Under the pieces are notes generated by a model. That model worked only from the letters and a program-made list of their open reading frames with translations. It did not search any database and was not told where the DNA came from. From NCBI RefSeq assembly GCF_009914755.1, contig NC_060938.1: a stretch of DNA of 64,000 nucleotides. One strand, given 5' to 3'. Position numbers and translations under genes: made by a program. Shown in pieces: positions 1-13,409 of this stretch. This DNA is from the human T2T-CHM13v2.0 reference genome, Homo sapiens. Numbering within the stretch: position 1 is the stretch's first letter; every line of letters starts with the position of its first letter.

Positions 1-150
1 AGGCATGAGGAGACCTTCGGGTTCTGGCAGTATTTTGTTTCCTAACACAGCTACTAATCACTAGGTGGTTCACTTTGTGAAAATTCTTTCTGCTGTACAC
101 TTAAGATTGGGATAATTTTCTTTAAATATGTCATATTTAAACATCAAAAA
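1..150 (+). mobile_element. old L1 (L1ME/MC-type) 3' end fragment
   Basis: Resembles the old L1M 3' UTR end (ttcactttgtgaaaatt...gctgtacacttaagatt) followed by A-rich sequence. Confidence 0.5.
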
Positions 151-1094
151 AATGTTATGGAAAACCTAATAGTCACTGATGTGTTATTAAGCTAACATTT
201 CACCACAGTACATGATTCAGATTAATAATTTCTTACTCATCCCATGATATTTGGTGGGGGCGGGGGGGGGCAGGGAGTCATAGCTATCAATGTATCTAAA
301 ATAAGAGATTTTCCTTATTTTATGATTCACTCTCATAACCTTTAGATTGGGCCACGAATTGCATTTAATTCCTGTTGGCAAGTTTAATTTCACTTATATG
401 ATACTACTAGACAGTTTTAGAGGTTGATCCTCCAAAAATGCCCTTCTTATGTACTTCTGCCTTTTTTATAACAATGTTTTGATGCTGTACTTTCCACCAG
501 TCTTAGATATTCATTGATTTTCTGCTTCATTTCACTCCAAACTTTCCAATCTTTCTGTGCCCTCCTCTGCACTTCAGTGGCTTTCTGCCTCTATCCCAGC
601 CTCTGAGCTATTAGTACACAAATCCCTGAGGTTCCACTGTGGAACAGAATATCAAATACATCAAGTGCATAACAGAACACAACAGGGTGAATGGAGGACT
701 TTCAGCCATCAGCCTTCCACCTTTCTAGCCAATTTCCTTACTTGACAAGCCCCTCAGGCCATAGTAGCACAAGGAACAGTATCCAGGAGACACCTCTGTG
801 CCATTAACCCTTCAAGTCACTTTTGTGGATTCCACATTAAAGAGATGTGAGATGTTATCAGCATAAAATAATATCTTGCAATGATAAAGCCATCCAAAAT
901 ACAAATCAATTCTCTTATCTGACCGTCGCTAATAATAGCAGGTAGATAATTCAGCCAATATTCCTTCCTATTTTCTTCAACTTTCTTGTCCAAGGACACG
1001 TTGCAATTAAGTGGAGATGAAAGAGCAGGAATACAGACTTGTCATACCCAGTTGCATGATTTTGCACCTACACTTTGCATTCTCACAATACAAT

Positions 1095-1620
1095 GTTCTG
1101 GTAGATTGTTTCAAAAACATAGCTGTGTTTATTTTTCCCCCTGTATCCATACCCCTCTGCAATGTTACTTATAATTCCTCCCATCAAGACAGAGGGTCTG
1201 TTTCCTATCTCTTAAATCTAGACTGACTTTAGGACTTGCTTTGGCCAACAGAATGTGATATAAATGACTGCAGCAGATCCAAGCCTAGGCCTCAAAAGGC
1301 CTTGCACACCACCTCCACCTGTGGTCTTGGAAGCCAGCCCAGCTGCCATGTGAACAAGACTCACTAGGCTTTGGGGGATGAGAGACCACAGAAGCATCCC
1401 TTTGAGTCATGCATTTCAGCCATCCTAGACTACTCAGGCCCTAGCCAACTCAGCGGCTGACCACAGATGCATGAGTAAACTTAGTTGAGATAAGCCAAAC
1501 CTAGCCTAAATCAGCAGAACCACCCAATTGAACTGCAGACTCATGAGTTGAATAAATTATGGTGGATATTATCTATAAAGCTTTAGAGTTATTTGACATG
1601 CAGGAAAAAAGATAACTGAT
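1095..1620 (+). mobile_element. MLT1 (ERVL-MaLR) solo LTR, MLT1G/H-like
   Basis: MLT1 motifs gacttgctttggccaacagaatgtg, ctgaccacagatgcatgag and terminal gataactgata. Confidence 0.75.
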
Positions 1621-2739
1621 AAAAATGTAAGAAAAGTGCATATGTTACATGCTTATGAGCACAGAATTTCATATTTCTAGGACAGAACACTGGGGCAATA
1701 TAGATATCGCGTTAATAGAGAGGTCCCATCTTAATACAACATTATCCCAAATAGGAAAGATATGGGTGTGTAAAGTAAGATTTAATATACAATTGTTGGG
1801 TGTTATTTATCTGTTATATTCAGAAATATGTTGCTATTATGCTTTGCATGGATTGACGCCAACAAATACTTCATGAGAATAAAGAACTCCAAGTTATTAC
1901 TTCATAAATCTTATAAATATTTCTAAAAGCCAATCTCACCTAAAACTTAACATCACCTTGGGTGATATCCATGGAGGTGAGCCTTCCAATAGCCTGGCCT
2001 TGGAGTTTCTTCACCAATCCATCTCCAACAACCTTTCTACTTCTCCTCAGACACCCACTTTCATGATCAAAATCTAAAATTTGTTATATTCCAAAACTTT
2101 CTCCAGCTCTGAAATTTTGAATTGAATCATCCTGCTATCTGATCATGGCTGCTTCTCTGTCAAGATCAATGGCCCAATTACACCAACTGCAAAAGTAGTT
2201 TATCCTTACTGAACCTGTAGTCCTTTCCCCAATGTATTAACCCTCTTCATTCTCTACCTTTTTTCTTATATAATCCCATAATTTCAATAACATCAACACC
2301 CTAAATTGCTTAGCATCACTGTCTCTTCATTATGCCCACTATCAAAATTCAAGTCCTGGCTCAATTACCAGCTTTCTTCACAACTGTATTATGAACTGCT
2401 CAAGACAGTTATACAGTGGGTTCCACTATAAATTCATTACCATCACTTTCAATGCATCTGTCAACTACCTAGCAAGTTTCCTGTTTTTCTTGTAAATTTA
2501 CCTGCTCACTATATTTCAAGCCTTCTCTACTCTACTCAAAACTCCATCCATACCCTCTTCAACTACACCTTTCCCATAGATATTTAAACATCTCATGTCC
2601 CTCTCATTAAGCAAAAAAAATTAACATACCCCCTCACCCTCCTAAATCAGCTATGTGACTAAGCAAATCAGAAACCAAGAAGCATCCTTGCCATCCCTTT
2701 CTCTAACATCACCTCACCCAACCTACCTTAAAATCCTAT

Positions 2740-3400
2740 TCATTTTAGAACAATATTTTATCATGGAAAAACTCAAACATACAAAAAAACAGGTAAATAG
2801 CATAATAATTCCCCCATTTACCCACAACTCGGCTAGAGTAATTATTAACTTATCACCACCCTTGTTTCTTCTACATCTCTCTTTTAACAGCAAACTCCTG
2901 GCCCCACTGGATTATTTTGAAGCAAATCCAAAATGTATAATTTTGTCCATAAATATTTCAGGGTATGTCTCTAAAAGACAACATATTTTTTAATTCAACA
3001 AAACTATCACCCATTATCACACCTGATAAAACCTAACATGATTTCTCAAAATCAGCAAATATCCAGTCCACTCAATGCCCACCCTCTCTCCAGCTGGTTT
3101 CTTAGAATTAGGACCAAAGAAGGTCCACACTTTGTGCTTTGTTAATGTGTCTCTTAATCTACACATTTCCCTCTCCTTTTTTTAATCTGTTGAAGTCAAA
3201 TTTATTTATATAAAAAAACAGATTGTTTGTCTTATAGAGTTTCCTAAATTCTGAATTCTGATGTTTGCATCATTATGGTGTCACTAGTATAATCCTCTGT
3301 CCTCCCACTTTCCTGCAAACTGGTAGTTAGATTTTGAAACTTGTTCTGAATCAGTTTCCATTATTTTTAAATATTTGTAGTAATAATGTTTTTATCAATA
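2740..3400 (-). mobile_element. L1MC4/MC5-like 3' fragment inserted in L2
   Basis: ctggattattttgaagcaaatcc and aatatttcagggtatgtctctaaaagac match the reverse strand of the L1MC 3' UTR. L2-like sequence lies on both sides (~1950-2740, 3410-4050). Confidence 0.6.
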
Positions 3401-3409
3401 CATAATTTT

Positions 3410-4050
3410 AACTCCTATCTCTCAAATTTATCTACCTCTCACCACCTCCACTGTCATCACCTTAGATCACACTAACAGCATCTCTCTCCTCTATCTACGG
3501 GAGTTTCCTAACTGTCAAGGCATTTGTTTAAACCTATTCAATCTGTTCTGAACACTGCATAAGAGTTACCTCTTCAAAATCACTGCTAGTTTAAAATTAT
3601 CTCATAGCTTCCCACTGTTCTAAAATCTGTTTTGTTTATACAGCCTTGCACAGTCGGGTCCAGGCTTACCACTCTAGCTCCGTTCTCTTCTGCTCACTCT
3701 CCATCCAATTTTCAATTCTTTGAATATGTCATTCTCCCTCGAACACAGGGATTATGCACTTGCTGTTCTTTGTAAATGGAATGTTCTATAATTCTTTCTT
3801 GCCCATTCCTCAGCCTAGTTGGCTCTATCCATACTTTAAATTATAGCTCAGTTATTGCTTCCTTAGGGAACTTTCACTTTCTGATCTAGATCAGGTCATT
3901 TCATTATATAATCTCAAAGGACCATGTACATTCCCTTCATGACACTTGTCTCTTTGTGATTGTGCATGTGTATCATGTTTTGCTCATTCTTTTATCCCTA
4001 GCACACTCTAGCACTCTTGGGAACCTAGTGATTTAAAGAATGAAAACATT
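3410..4050 (+). mobile_element. L2 3' fragment
   Basis: Pyrimidine-rich L2 motifs (tgcacttgctgttc...tggaatgttct, ttccttagggaa) ending in a degenerate gaatgaa. Confidence 0.6.
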
Positions 4051-5292
4051 AATTAAAGAATAACCTAACCAATATATAAATCTCTCATAATAATTTCTGA
4101 TTCCTCCAGCACTGATACCATAATCAATAATTAATAGCTGCTTAATTTTCACAGGTAGTACCATATCAGGCAACTGGATAGAAACCACAAAACAGTAATA
4201 AGCTCTGTTTCATAAGCATTGGGCCCTTATTCTAAATAGATTTTATACATGAATGATTACATAGTCCATTTCCATTTCCTTTTGTAGAGTGCAATTTAAA
4301 GACAGAAAAAAAATTGCAAACTACATTTGTTATCTGAACCTCTAACCCAGATAACAAGTTACATTGCTTTTTCCTATTCAGAATTCACTGCTCCAACTCA
4401 AGCTACCAAGAGCTCTACGGGGAAATAATCCTAATTACTCCATGGATTAGCTAGCATCCTTCTGTAGAAGATCTGAATTTAAATAACTTGTGCATAAAAC
4501 CTGTATTAGCCAATTCATATTCTAATTGAAACACAGTGGCATAAATGGCCAGACAGACAGACAAAGAATAGGCACTTATTTTCAGCAATATCCATAATGT
4601 AGTAACTTTTAATATGCTTCTTTTTGTAGAAAAGACTTTCATTTTCATATCCACTGGGTCCACAGTGAATATAAAGCTTGATCAAAATATGTACCCTATG
4701 AAGAGGTGTATTGCCTAAAGCCCTGATTTTTTTCCAAACATTATGATATGTGTACAAGCAAACCAAATTGGGGATGCTTTAAATCCTTCTTCAATAATTT
4801 CTTGCTGCCTTTAGAATAAAACCCAAACTCCTTAACACAACCTACCCCTGCCTACCTCTTCAGACTCACCTTGAGCATCTGTCTTCTGCTCTCTAAACTC
4901 TGTCATATAGGACTTCTTTCCTACCTTAAAAATATATTCTTTCTCACCTAGGAGATCTCCAAACATGCTGTTTAAAACAATCTCCCTACCCACCAACCGT
5001 TTCTTTTGTCTGGTGAATTCCTATGCATCTCTCAGGACTGGGCTTAAAAATGTAACCCCCTCAGAGACACTTCTCCTAACTATCCCCAACCCTGAAAGTT
5101 AAGACTCTTGTTTTATAGCATAAATAATTAGTCCAAGAAATGCTGAGGGAATGAGGTAACAGGCAATGAGAGTTGAAGCAGAGTAAGACTGAAGTGGCCA
5201 TGATGGGCTATGTAAGCAAAGAGACAAAGCAAAAGAGAAGAAAGACTAAGTGAATTTGTCAGGGCTCTCCAGAGAAACAGGACTAACAGGAC

Positions 5293-5779
5293 ATGATGGA
5301 CATGAAAATGGAAATGGAGATGGAGATATGGAGATGGAGATATGGAAATGGAGGTGCAGATGGAGATGGATACAGGGATGGGGATGGAAATGGAGATGGG
5401 GATGCTGATGGAGATGGAGATGCAGATGCAGATGGAGATGGAGATGGAGATGCAGATAGAGATGGAGATGGAGATGCAGATGGAGATGCAGATGCAGATG
5501 CAAATGCAGAAGGAGATGGAGATGGAGATGATGCAGATGGAGATGGAGATGGAGATGGAGATGCAGATGGAGATGCAGATGGAGTTACAGATGGAGACGG
5601 AGATGCAGATAGAGATGCAGATGCAGATGGAGATGCAGATGGAGATGGAGATGCAGATGCAGATGCAGATGGAGACGGAGATGGAGAGAAGATAGAGATG
5701 GAAATGGAGATGGAGATGGATGTGCAGATGGAGATGGATACAGGGACAGGGATGGAGATGAAGATGGAGATGGAGATGA
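5293..5779. repeat. (GATGGA/GATGCA)n compound hexamer tandem repeat, ~80 units
   Basis: Directly visible. Explains the low-complexity ORFs (ME/MQ, GD/AD, HL, IS/IC, SP/SA) on both strands. Confidence 0.97.
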
Positions 5780-5780
5780 G

Positions 5781-6998
5781 AAGGCACCCAGCCATCCTGA
5801 ATCTTCTATGAAAATGAAAATGTTGAGGTTGTATTTTTACCTTCAAATACAACCTCCTTGTTTCAGCCCTTTGACCAGGACATCATTTGGTTTATCAGTG
5901 CCACACGCGCCTGCCTGATATTTGATTGCATTTGATCAGCAATTAATGCAGACCCTAATCCAGATATAAAAAAATGCTGGAAATCATTCACTATCTCTGA
6001 TGCAATAGCGTTCATCAAAACTGCAATGGATTAATTAAAACCAGAAATTGCAAATACCTGCTGGAAGAACTTATGGATTGAAGTCATGAATGATTTTAAA
6101 GGCTTCCTGGGGATCAATGGAGAAGCTAAGAAAATAATTCACACAGCAAGACAAGTTAGTGAAGAAGAATATGCCAACACACTTGATGAAGTGGAAGAAC
6201 ATATTGAAGGTCATCAGAAGTGCTAACAAATGAGAAACTAGAAGAACTTGTTGAGTCACCCACAGAGGAAGAAGAAGTGAAGCAGAACTAGCAATGTGGA
6301 TACTATGGAAAGTTGCTGAAGTGTTTCAAATTGTACAGACAATAATGGACAGAATTATGGAATATGATCCACAGATGAAACAAAGCACTAAAGTCTCCTA
6401 TATGATCAATGAAGGAATACAATTTCTATAGCAACATTTTAATGAGTTTAAAAGAGACAATAATTTCCAACTACAGTGTTCTTCCCAAAGGTTTCAGCAA
6501 AAAATAACCTTCAACTATCAAGGATCCCTAATATTGACATTATCTGCTCCTGCTCCTGACATTCAACCATTAATGTTCATGGCTTGATGATCCAGGATCA
6601 CCTGAAGAATGTAATCATTTTCTGATATATTATCAGAAGGTCAATAGTAGCCTAAAGCTAGGTCACAATGCCTACATCATTCACCCTACTTCATCTCATC
6701 ATGTAGGCATTTTTTCATCTCACATCATCGTAAGAAAAAGGGTGAGTATAGTAACAATGAGATGTTTTGGAAGAGAGCAAACACATTCACATAACTTTTA
6801 TTACAGTACATTATAGTAATTCTTCTATGTTGTTATATTGTTTATTTCTTACTGTGCCTAATTTATAAATTAAACTTTATCATAGGTACGTCTGTATAGG
6901 AGAAAGCATAGTATATATAGGGTTCAGTACCATCTGTGGTTTCAGGCCTCCACTGGGGGTCTTGGAATGCATACCCATGGGTAAAAGGGAATAACTGT
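5781..6998 (+). mobile_element. Tigger7/MER44 (TcMar-Tigger) 3' half with decayed transposase
   Basis: Translates to KAPSHPES then, after a frameshift, VEVVFLPSNTTSLFQPFDQDII (pogo DDE motifs DNAPxHP and FLPPNTTSxLQPxDQGII). Ends with the MER44-type terminus ...ccactgggggtcttggaa...ataactg followed by TA. Confidence 0.85.
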
Positions 6999-8179
6999 AT
7001 ATAGATGTTGATATTTAGGAAGAGAGAGAGATGTATTGTGAGGAATGGGCTCAAATGATTATGGAGGCAGAGAAGTTCCACAGTCTGCCATCTGCAACCA
7101 GGAGACCCAAGAAAGCCGATATTGCAATTCAAGTCCAAAGACCTAAGAACCAGGCCAATGGTGTAAATTCCAGTCCAAAAGCAAGACGAGATGAGATGTT
7201 CCAGATCAAGTAGTAAGGCAGAAAAAAGGAGAGAATTCCTCCTTCTTCCATCTCTTTTTCTATTCAGGCCCTCAACAGATTGGATAATGCCCATCCACAT
7301 TGGGGAGAACAATCTGCTTTACTGAATGTACTGATCCAAGTGCTATTCTCAGCAAGAAACAGATACACCCAGTAACAATGTGTAATCTGAATACCCCAAG
7401 GTCCAGTTAAGTTGAGATGAAATTAACAAGCATGCTAAGAAATTCAGTCAAGAGAGAAAAGCATACAGACAGAGTCAGTGAGTCACATTAGTGGTGGGAA
7501 ACTCAACTAAAGATCTACAAACCCTAAGAAAATAGCTAGAACAGTAAGCAGTCATGTCCTCCAAAATAATTTTCTAAAATATCCCTTTTTTCAACAATTT
7601 TAATGACCATATGTGATCATATGGAATGTTAAGGCTATAAGAAAATGATACTGGAGAAAACAATGTCAATGAAAGACTGTGAGATACATGAAGAAGGAGT
7701 TCAAAGAGTAGCTCCATTTTCTTTTTCCTCACTTCCCTATACTTTGGCTCAGCTCCTTCCTTTTTTCAGGCTCACTTCCCTAATATTAGAAATTGGCTCT
7801 GCCTTGGGCCAAGTTCCCCAGAGCAATCTTGGTCTAGGGCCATACATTAGGTTCTAAGGTACCACTGTTATTTGTGCTATGTGCTGAAAAATATCCATCC
7901 TTATACTAAATCTTCCATCACTTGAGGTCACTTGAATCTCTTTCCTTTGCAACTAAAAAGAAATCCTAACCTAACAGCGGCATTTAGCCCATTACATGCT
8001 TTCCAACATGTTCACCTCCTCATCACCCCAGTCATTATCTATATCCTATTGCCCCTGTATTATTTTTATTTGTAGAGCATATCACTAGCTGAAATTATAC
8101 TCACAGACACACACACACACACAATTTAAACTGTCCACATATACTTACTGTCTGTTTTTCCCCCACCAGAATATTAACT

Positions 8180-8622
8180 CTGACCAAGATGACCTTAACT
8201 TGGCTTCTTCCTAAGTCTAGGATCCTGACTTCCCTTTTCTTAGAACATTTATTTAAGAAACTTTCTATCGTAAATTCTTTCTCTGCCTCTTTCAGAGGAA
8301 AATCTCCCAGCCTCTTGCCAATTTTATAACCCAGGAATGTCTTTCTCAAAGACTTGTGGGCTATTCCTTTGGAATATAATCATCAAGAAAGATAGTGCCT
8401 CTATTTCCTAATGTCTGTAGGAGGGTAGATGTCAAACTTTGATAAGCACCAATTATCAAATGATTAGATGACCTAATCATATTGACCAACATCTCTACAC
8501 TTGTTTCAACAAAGTTGAGTCCAATCCCTCTCCCCTAGTGCAAAAATCTCTCTCTACTATTGCAACGGTCTTGAATAAAGTCTTTGTTTTCAACAAATGT
8601 CTGGTGCAATTTCTCTTTAACA
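8180..8622 (+). mobile_element. ERV1 (MER4-group) solo LTR, subfamily uncertain
   Basis: LTR-like body with AATAAA (8574) and terminal gtctggtgcaatttctctttaaca. Confidence 0.6.
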
Positions 8623-8810
8623 GTTTTATGAAGATAGGGAAGGATTTGTGTGCTTGTTCACTGCCAGATTCCCCAATACTTATAATAAAGGAGTACCTCA
8701 ATATATATATAGAGAGAGAGAGGTGAATAGATGCATAAAATCAAGTAAGGGATTTGTTTTTTTCATTTAAAGGATGACATTCAGAGAAGAATAAATCCTT
8801 CTTATGTCGT

Positions 8811-9257
8811 TGCTGTAGTTTGCATGTGGTTTGTCCCACCAAAACTCAAGTTGAGATTTGATCCCCAATGTGGTAGTGTTGGAACATGGGGCCTAGTGGG
8901 AGGTGTTTGAGTCATGGGAGTGAATCTCTTATGAACGTCTTCATACCATTCTCATGGTAGTGGGTGAGTTCTCACTCTGGCAAGACTGGATTCATTCTTA
9001 AAGGAATGGATAAGTTCCTGCAATGGTAGATTTTTCTAGAGCCAGGACACTGTTTGGGTTTTGTCTCTCCTCATATGTCTGCTTGTCCTTTGACTTTCTC
9101 CACAAGGTTATGATGCAGCATGAAAACCCTCATCAGAATCCAGGGCCATGCTCTTGAACTTCCTAACCTGCAGAGCTGTGAGCTAAATAGGCTTCTTTTC
9201 TTTATAAATTACCCAGCCTCAGGCATTCTGTTATAGCTACACATAATGGACTAAGAG
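8811..9257 (+). mobile_element. MST (ERVL-MaLR) solo LTR, MSTB-like
   Basis: tgctgtagtttg...gtcccaccaaaactca...tttataaattacccagcctcagg...ggactaaga. Confidence 0.85.
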
Positions 9258-10876
9258 AGCCATCCCTGTATATTTCTCAATGTACCACCACACCTCAGAA
9301 GTCAAACCAAATACACAGTCATTCATAACACTAAAGAGCAGAAATTTAACAATTGATCTAGTGATCAGTCCTAGTGATATGTTTACCATATGTACTGGCA
9401 GGCTTCTGTACATGGATACTGTGTATTTCCTAAAAATAATTACTTTCTTTGCCATCATAGGTAAGATGTCATTAAATAGATGTTCTTTTTTAAAACTTGT
9501 TAGATTTCAATATTGAAGACAAGAAGAAGTGATTCTAAAATTCCAGTAGCATCATATTGAACATAAAATTGAGCAAATCTAAAAATCTGTAATCTATGGT
9601 AAAATAATTTTTGCACTGGTTTCCATGATATAGACCTCTTAATTTACTGTGACCAGGACAATTGCAACATCTGTAAAAGTTTTTGAGTAAGGCCATTCAC
9701 AACTCAGTGTAATCCTGTGTATAAATGTGAATGTAACTGAAGATGACTGATTTTTCCTGACACAATTACCCAAAAACAAACAAATGACAATGGAAACTAG
9801 CATCTTCTGAAAGTGCACACTGGGCATTTGATCATAAACTCTGTATTTGTATCTGCAATACTGATCAACTAAACATTCAAACACTACTATCATCGATCAT
9901 GCTTATTTATCAGTAGACTCAGAAGGGCACAGAATAGAAATCACTGCTCATCAAAAGGGCAGTATTAGCATCCTCTTCCATGGGCATAGACCTCATAGTA
10001 GTTTGTGTAGCAGTCCAAAGAGCTATGCTCCCTGTCCCCAGTCTCCCCAAGAAGACAACTTAAAAGTGAGAAAATAAGACTCAGTCAGCAAGTACTGGAG
10101 CCATCTTGACTTAAAAGCCTTGAGAAATAGTCTAATCTCACCATCACCACTACTCTCACTCATTCTGGACACTGAAAACTAAAACTCTATCTTACTGTCT
10201 ACATTAACACGACTTTGGACTATTGTTCTGTCTCCCTTAGCAGGACCTTCTTTCTCCAGGACTCTCCTGCTCAGATAAATGGTTTGATTTTTTTATTACA
10301 CGAACTTTGCAAAGACCTATTAACTCTTTAGTGAAAAGTATCTGCAGACAGTTTATGTCCTAAGATTCTTTGAATTCTTTCCTTCAAAATCCTTGCCTTG
10401 CTGTTTCCTCCAATCCTGTGCTATTGTATCATATTCTTGAACTTTACCCAGTTCTAATAAAGCCCACTCCCCTAGCCACTCCCTGTTTTTAAAAACCTAC
10501 CTTATATCAAACTTTCGATTCTTAATCCATTCTGTCCTTTTCTTTCCTGCTCTGAGTACACTACTAGAGCTTTGCATGGCAGTGTTCCCTTTTACCGTGG
10601 TAAGCAATAAATTCAACTCAGCTTTGTCTTTTTAACAGGTTGTGTTGGTAATGTTTGGGGATGTAGCTTTTGACAGCCTCATGCTCTACCTAATCTAATA
10701 CTTCTAATAACAATGCCACAGGCAGTTTCAGAGTCCCACAAGAGATATGCTCATATCTGATGGAACTCTGAAAGCTCCATCATTCAAGGAACCCATAAGC
10801 TATGGTGTCCTTATCAAGTTATTTATAGTTTATTAAAAGTTCCTCACAGTCTAGATGCAATTTACTGATGAGGGAA

Positions 10877-11011
10877 TTTTTTTTTCCTTTTTGTGGAGAT
10901 GGGGTCCTAGTATGTTGCCCAGGCTATCCTCAAACTCCTGGGCTCAAGCAATCCTCCTTCCTCTGCCTCCCTGAGTGCTGAGATTACAGGCATTAGCCAC
11001 CATGCCCAGCC
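10877..11011 (-). mobile_element. Alu monomer (FLAM-like)
   Basis: T-tract followed by the reverse complement of an Alu left arm ending ccaccatgcccagcc. Confidence 0.85.
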
Positions 11012-13116
11012 CTTTTTTTCTAAACATAAGTAATATTGCCTAGAAACATAAATGACATGTTCCCTTCATCAGTTCCCAGGGAAGCAAAGGAAGACTGCTA
11101 GCCAAAGGTCAAATTCTCAAGCAGAAGAAAAAATAATTTTGTTAACCCTTTACCTAAATATAAACAACACTTCTTAAAGATGAAGAAATTCAATACAAAG
11201 ACAAACATATTCTTTATAAGTTAGTGTGTGTTGTGTGAAAGCAGGGACATTAGGGAATAAAATGAAGTATTAAAAAGGCTAAATGAAGTAGGGATGAACT
11301 CCACTGGAGCTTCCCCAAAAGCAGAGTAACAAAACTATGATTTCTCAAGCATGGGGATAATTATTGCACAGAAAGACAATAAACAGTAACCTCTATGCAA
11401 GTATTCATAAGTAGTTAAGGTAAAAACTGTTTAAGAGTTAGCTGTAACATACAAATTCCAATATATTTCAACCTTCTTTGCCTCTATGTTAGAATCATCC
11501 CCTGATGCTTAACAATAGGAACAATTTATCATGAATGAAGATCAGTACAGATAAAAAAATTTTTATGTAAACAAGAAAATCAAATAAAGGAAGCTCAATG
11601 CTATCCTCATTGCTTGTTATTTCCTTTCCTCTCAAAGCTAATTCCCTCAGTTAGACAGACTGCTTTGTCTCATTGGAAATTCATGCAAAAGAATGTTCCT
11701 GCAACATCACCAAACTTTTCAAATCTAAGGAAGTCTATCTTTAAAGCTGTGTATTACCCAACCATGATAACATTCTCTACCAATGCCCACCAGGAATAGA
11801 ATTTAAAAGCTTAGATGACAGCCATCATGCTCCAATTTGGAACTTGAGGCTGACTCTTACCCTTTCTCCAAATTTTTTCCCTATCTCTTCCTTCACCCTG
11901 ACCCCTCTTTTATTTACACCTGCAAATAGTTTGTGAGAAAGTCTTTCCCTCAAAGTAGAAAGTAGATATCTGTTCAGAGACTGTGTCTTGTTCATCTTTG
12001 TATTTATTTGTATTTATTTGTCCACAATACTTTGCACTCCCAGTGGGAGATCACAGCTTGGAGGCTTAACCCTAGGGTAATCCTTAAACATGTATGGAAA
12101 GCTGGTAGGGTAGGTCATCTGACTGGAGGATTATTTACATGACAGCAAAAGAATACTCATGGAAAGCAACTCATGAGAGGAAATGTGAACATAGTGGTCA
12201 AAGGATATGCCCTATAGTCTGTGAGAAGAAAGAGTTTAGAGCACAGCTAAGATTATGTCACAAAGGTTTCCCTCTGGCCTTATCTTTCCCATTATTAACA
12301 AAAAGCATGTATAGTTAGGAAATGTGGTATGCCTCATTCACTTCAATAGAAATATTTGTAGGCTGGCAATTAGATGTCAGGCATCTTGGTAGGTATACAA
12401 ATCCAAGATGAGTTAGAGAGACAGAGTGTCTGCTTTGGAGATTCTTCCAGAAACAAGCATAATACCTAACCATTAGCTCTCTAAAGATCTTTGCTGGATT
12501 TGAATTATTTACCTGAAGTACAATTAAAGGATGCCAAATAGGGTCACCAACACACCTTCTCTGAGCCTATAGATGAAAGACGAGTAATCCAATACTCAAT
12601 ATAAATATAAATCCAATATAAATATAAATGATTTTCAAATTGTTATTAGAATCACTATATGTATTAAAAGAATAGAAATCATACAATGTCTGCTTTCAGG
12701 TCACAATGGAATTAAATTAGAAATCAATAACAGAACAATATCTGAAAAATACCCAAACACTTGGAGATTAAATAACACACTTTTAAATAACACGAGTCAA
12801 AGAAGAAATCTCAAAAGAAATTTAAAATAATTTGAACTATACGAAAATGAAAATACAATTTAACAATGCGTAGGATAGGAGATCACAAAATCAGTGCTTA
12901 CAGGGAAATTTACAGCTTTGAATACATATGCTGGAAAAGAAGAAAAATCTAAAATCAATAATCTATACTTTCACCTTTGCAAACCAGAAATCCAAAGTAA
13001 GTCAAAGAAAAGCCATCATAAAAATTAAAGCAGAAATAAATGAAATTGAAAATAGGACATAAATTTTTAAAAATCAACAAAGCCAAAAGCTAATTCTTTG
13101 AAAAGATTTTAAAAAT

Positions 13117-13385
13117 CAGAAAACCAAACACCACATGTTCTTACTCATAAGTCGGAGCTGAATAATGAGAGCATGTGGACACAGGGAGGGGAATAACACA
13201 CACTGGGGCCTGATGGGGGGCTGCCAGGGACGGGGAGGGAGAGCATCAAGAAGAACAGTTAACGCATGCAGGGCTTAATACCTAGGTGATGGATTGATTG
13301 GTGCAGCAAACCACCATGACACAGGTTTACCTCTGTAACAGACCTGCCTGTCCTGCACGTGTATCCCAGAACTTAAAATAAAATT
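13117..13385 (+). mobile_element. 5'-truncated L1PA 3' end (older L1PA, ~PA11-15)
   Basis: cagaaaaccaaacaccacatgttc...gggcttaatacctaggtgatgg...cccagaacttaaaataaa. Confidence 0.85.
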
Positions 13386-13409
13386 AATTTTTTTTTTTTT
13401 TTTTTTTTT

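Larger units (their letters stand above)
5251..7432 (-). mobile_element. MLT2 (ERVL) solo LTR, interrupted by a hexamer repeat and Tigger7
   Basis: gtcagggctctccagagaaacagga at ~5257-5283 and gaggaatgggctc...atggaggcagagaagttcc...aagttgagatgaaattaac at ~7030-7430 are the two parts of a reverse-oriented MLT2. Confidence 0.8.

Noticed and set aside
817-999. Peptide KKVEENRKEYWLNYLPAII faintly like a Gypsy integrase helix
   Set aside because: Flanking frames show no convincing integrase or RT motifs. It may be an unrecognised ancient repeat; a Dfam/tBLASTn search would be needed.
5128-5852. Five overlapping ORFs of 85-219 aa on both strands
   Set aside because: Open only because the hexamer repeat lacks stop codons. 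The products are dipeptide repeats with no gene structure.
10050-10680. LTR-like segment with AATAAA and terminal tgaca
   Set aside because: Probably an old ERV LTR, but family and boundaries could not be assigned confidently.
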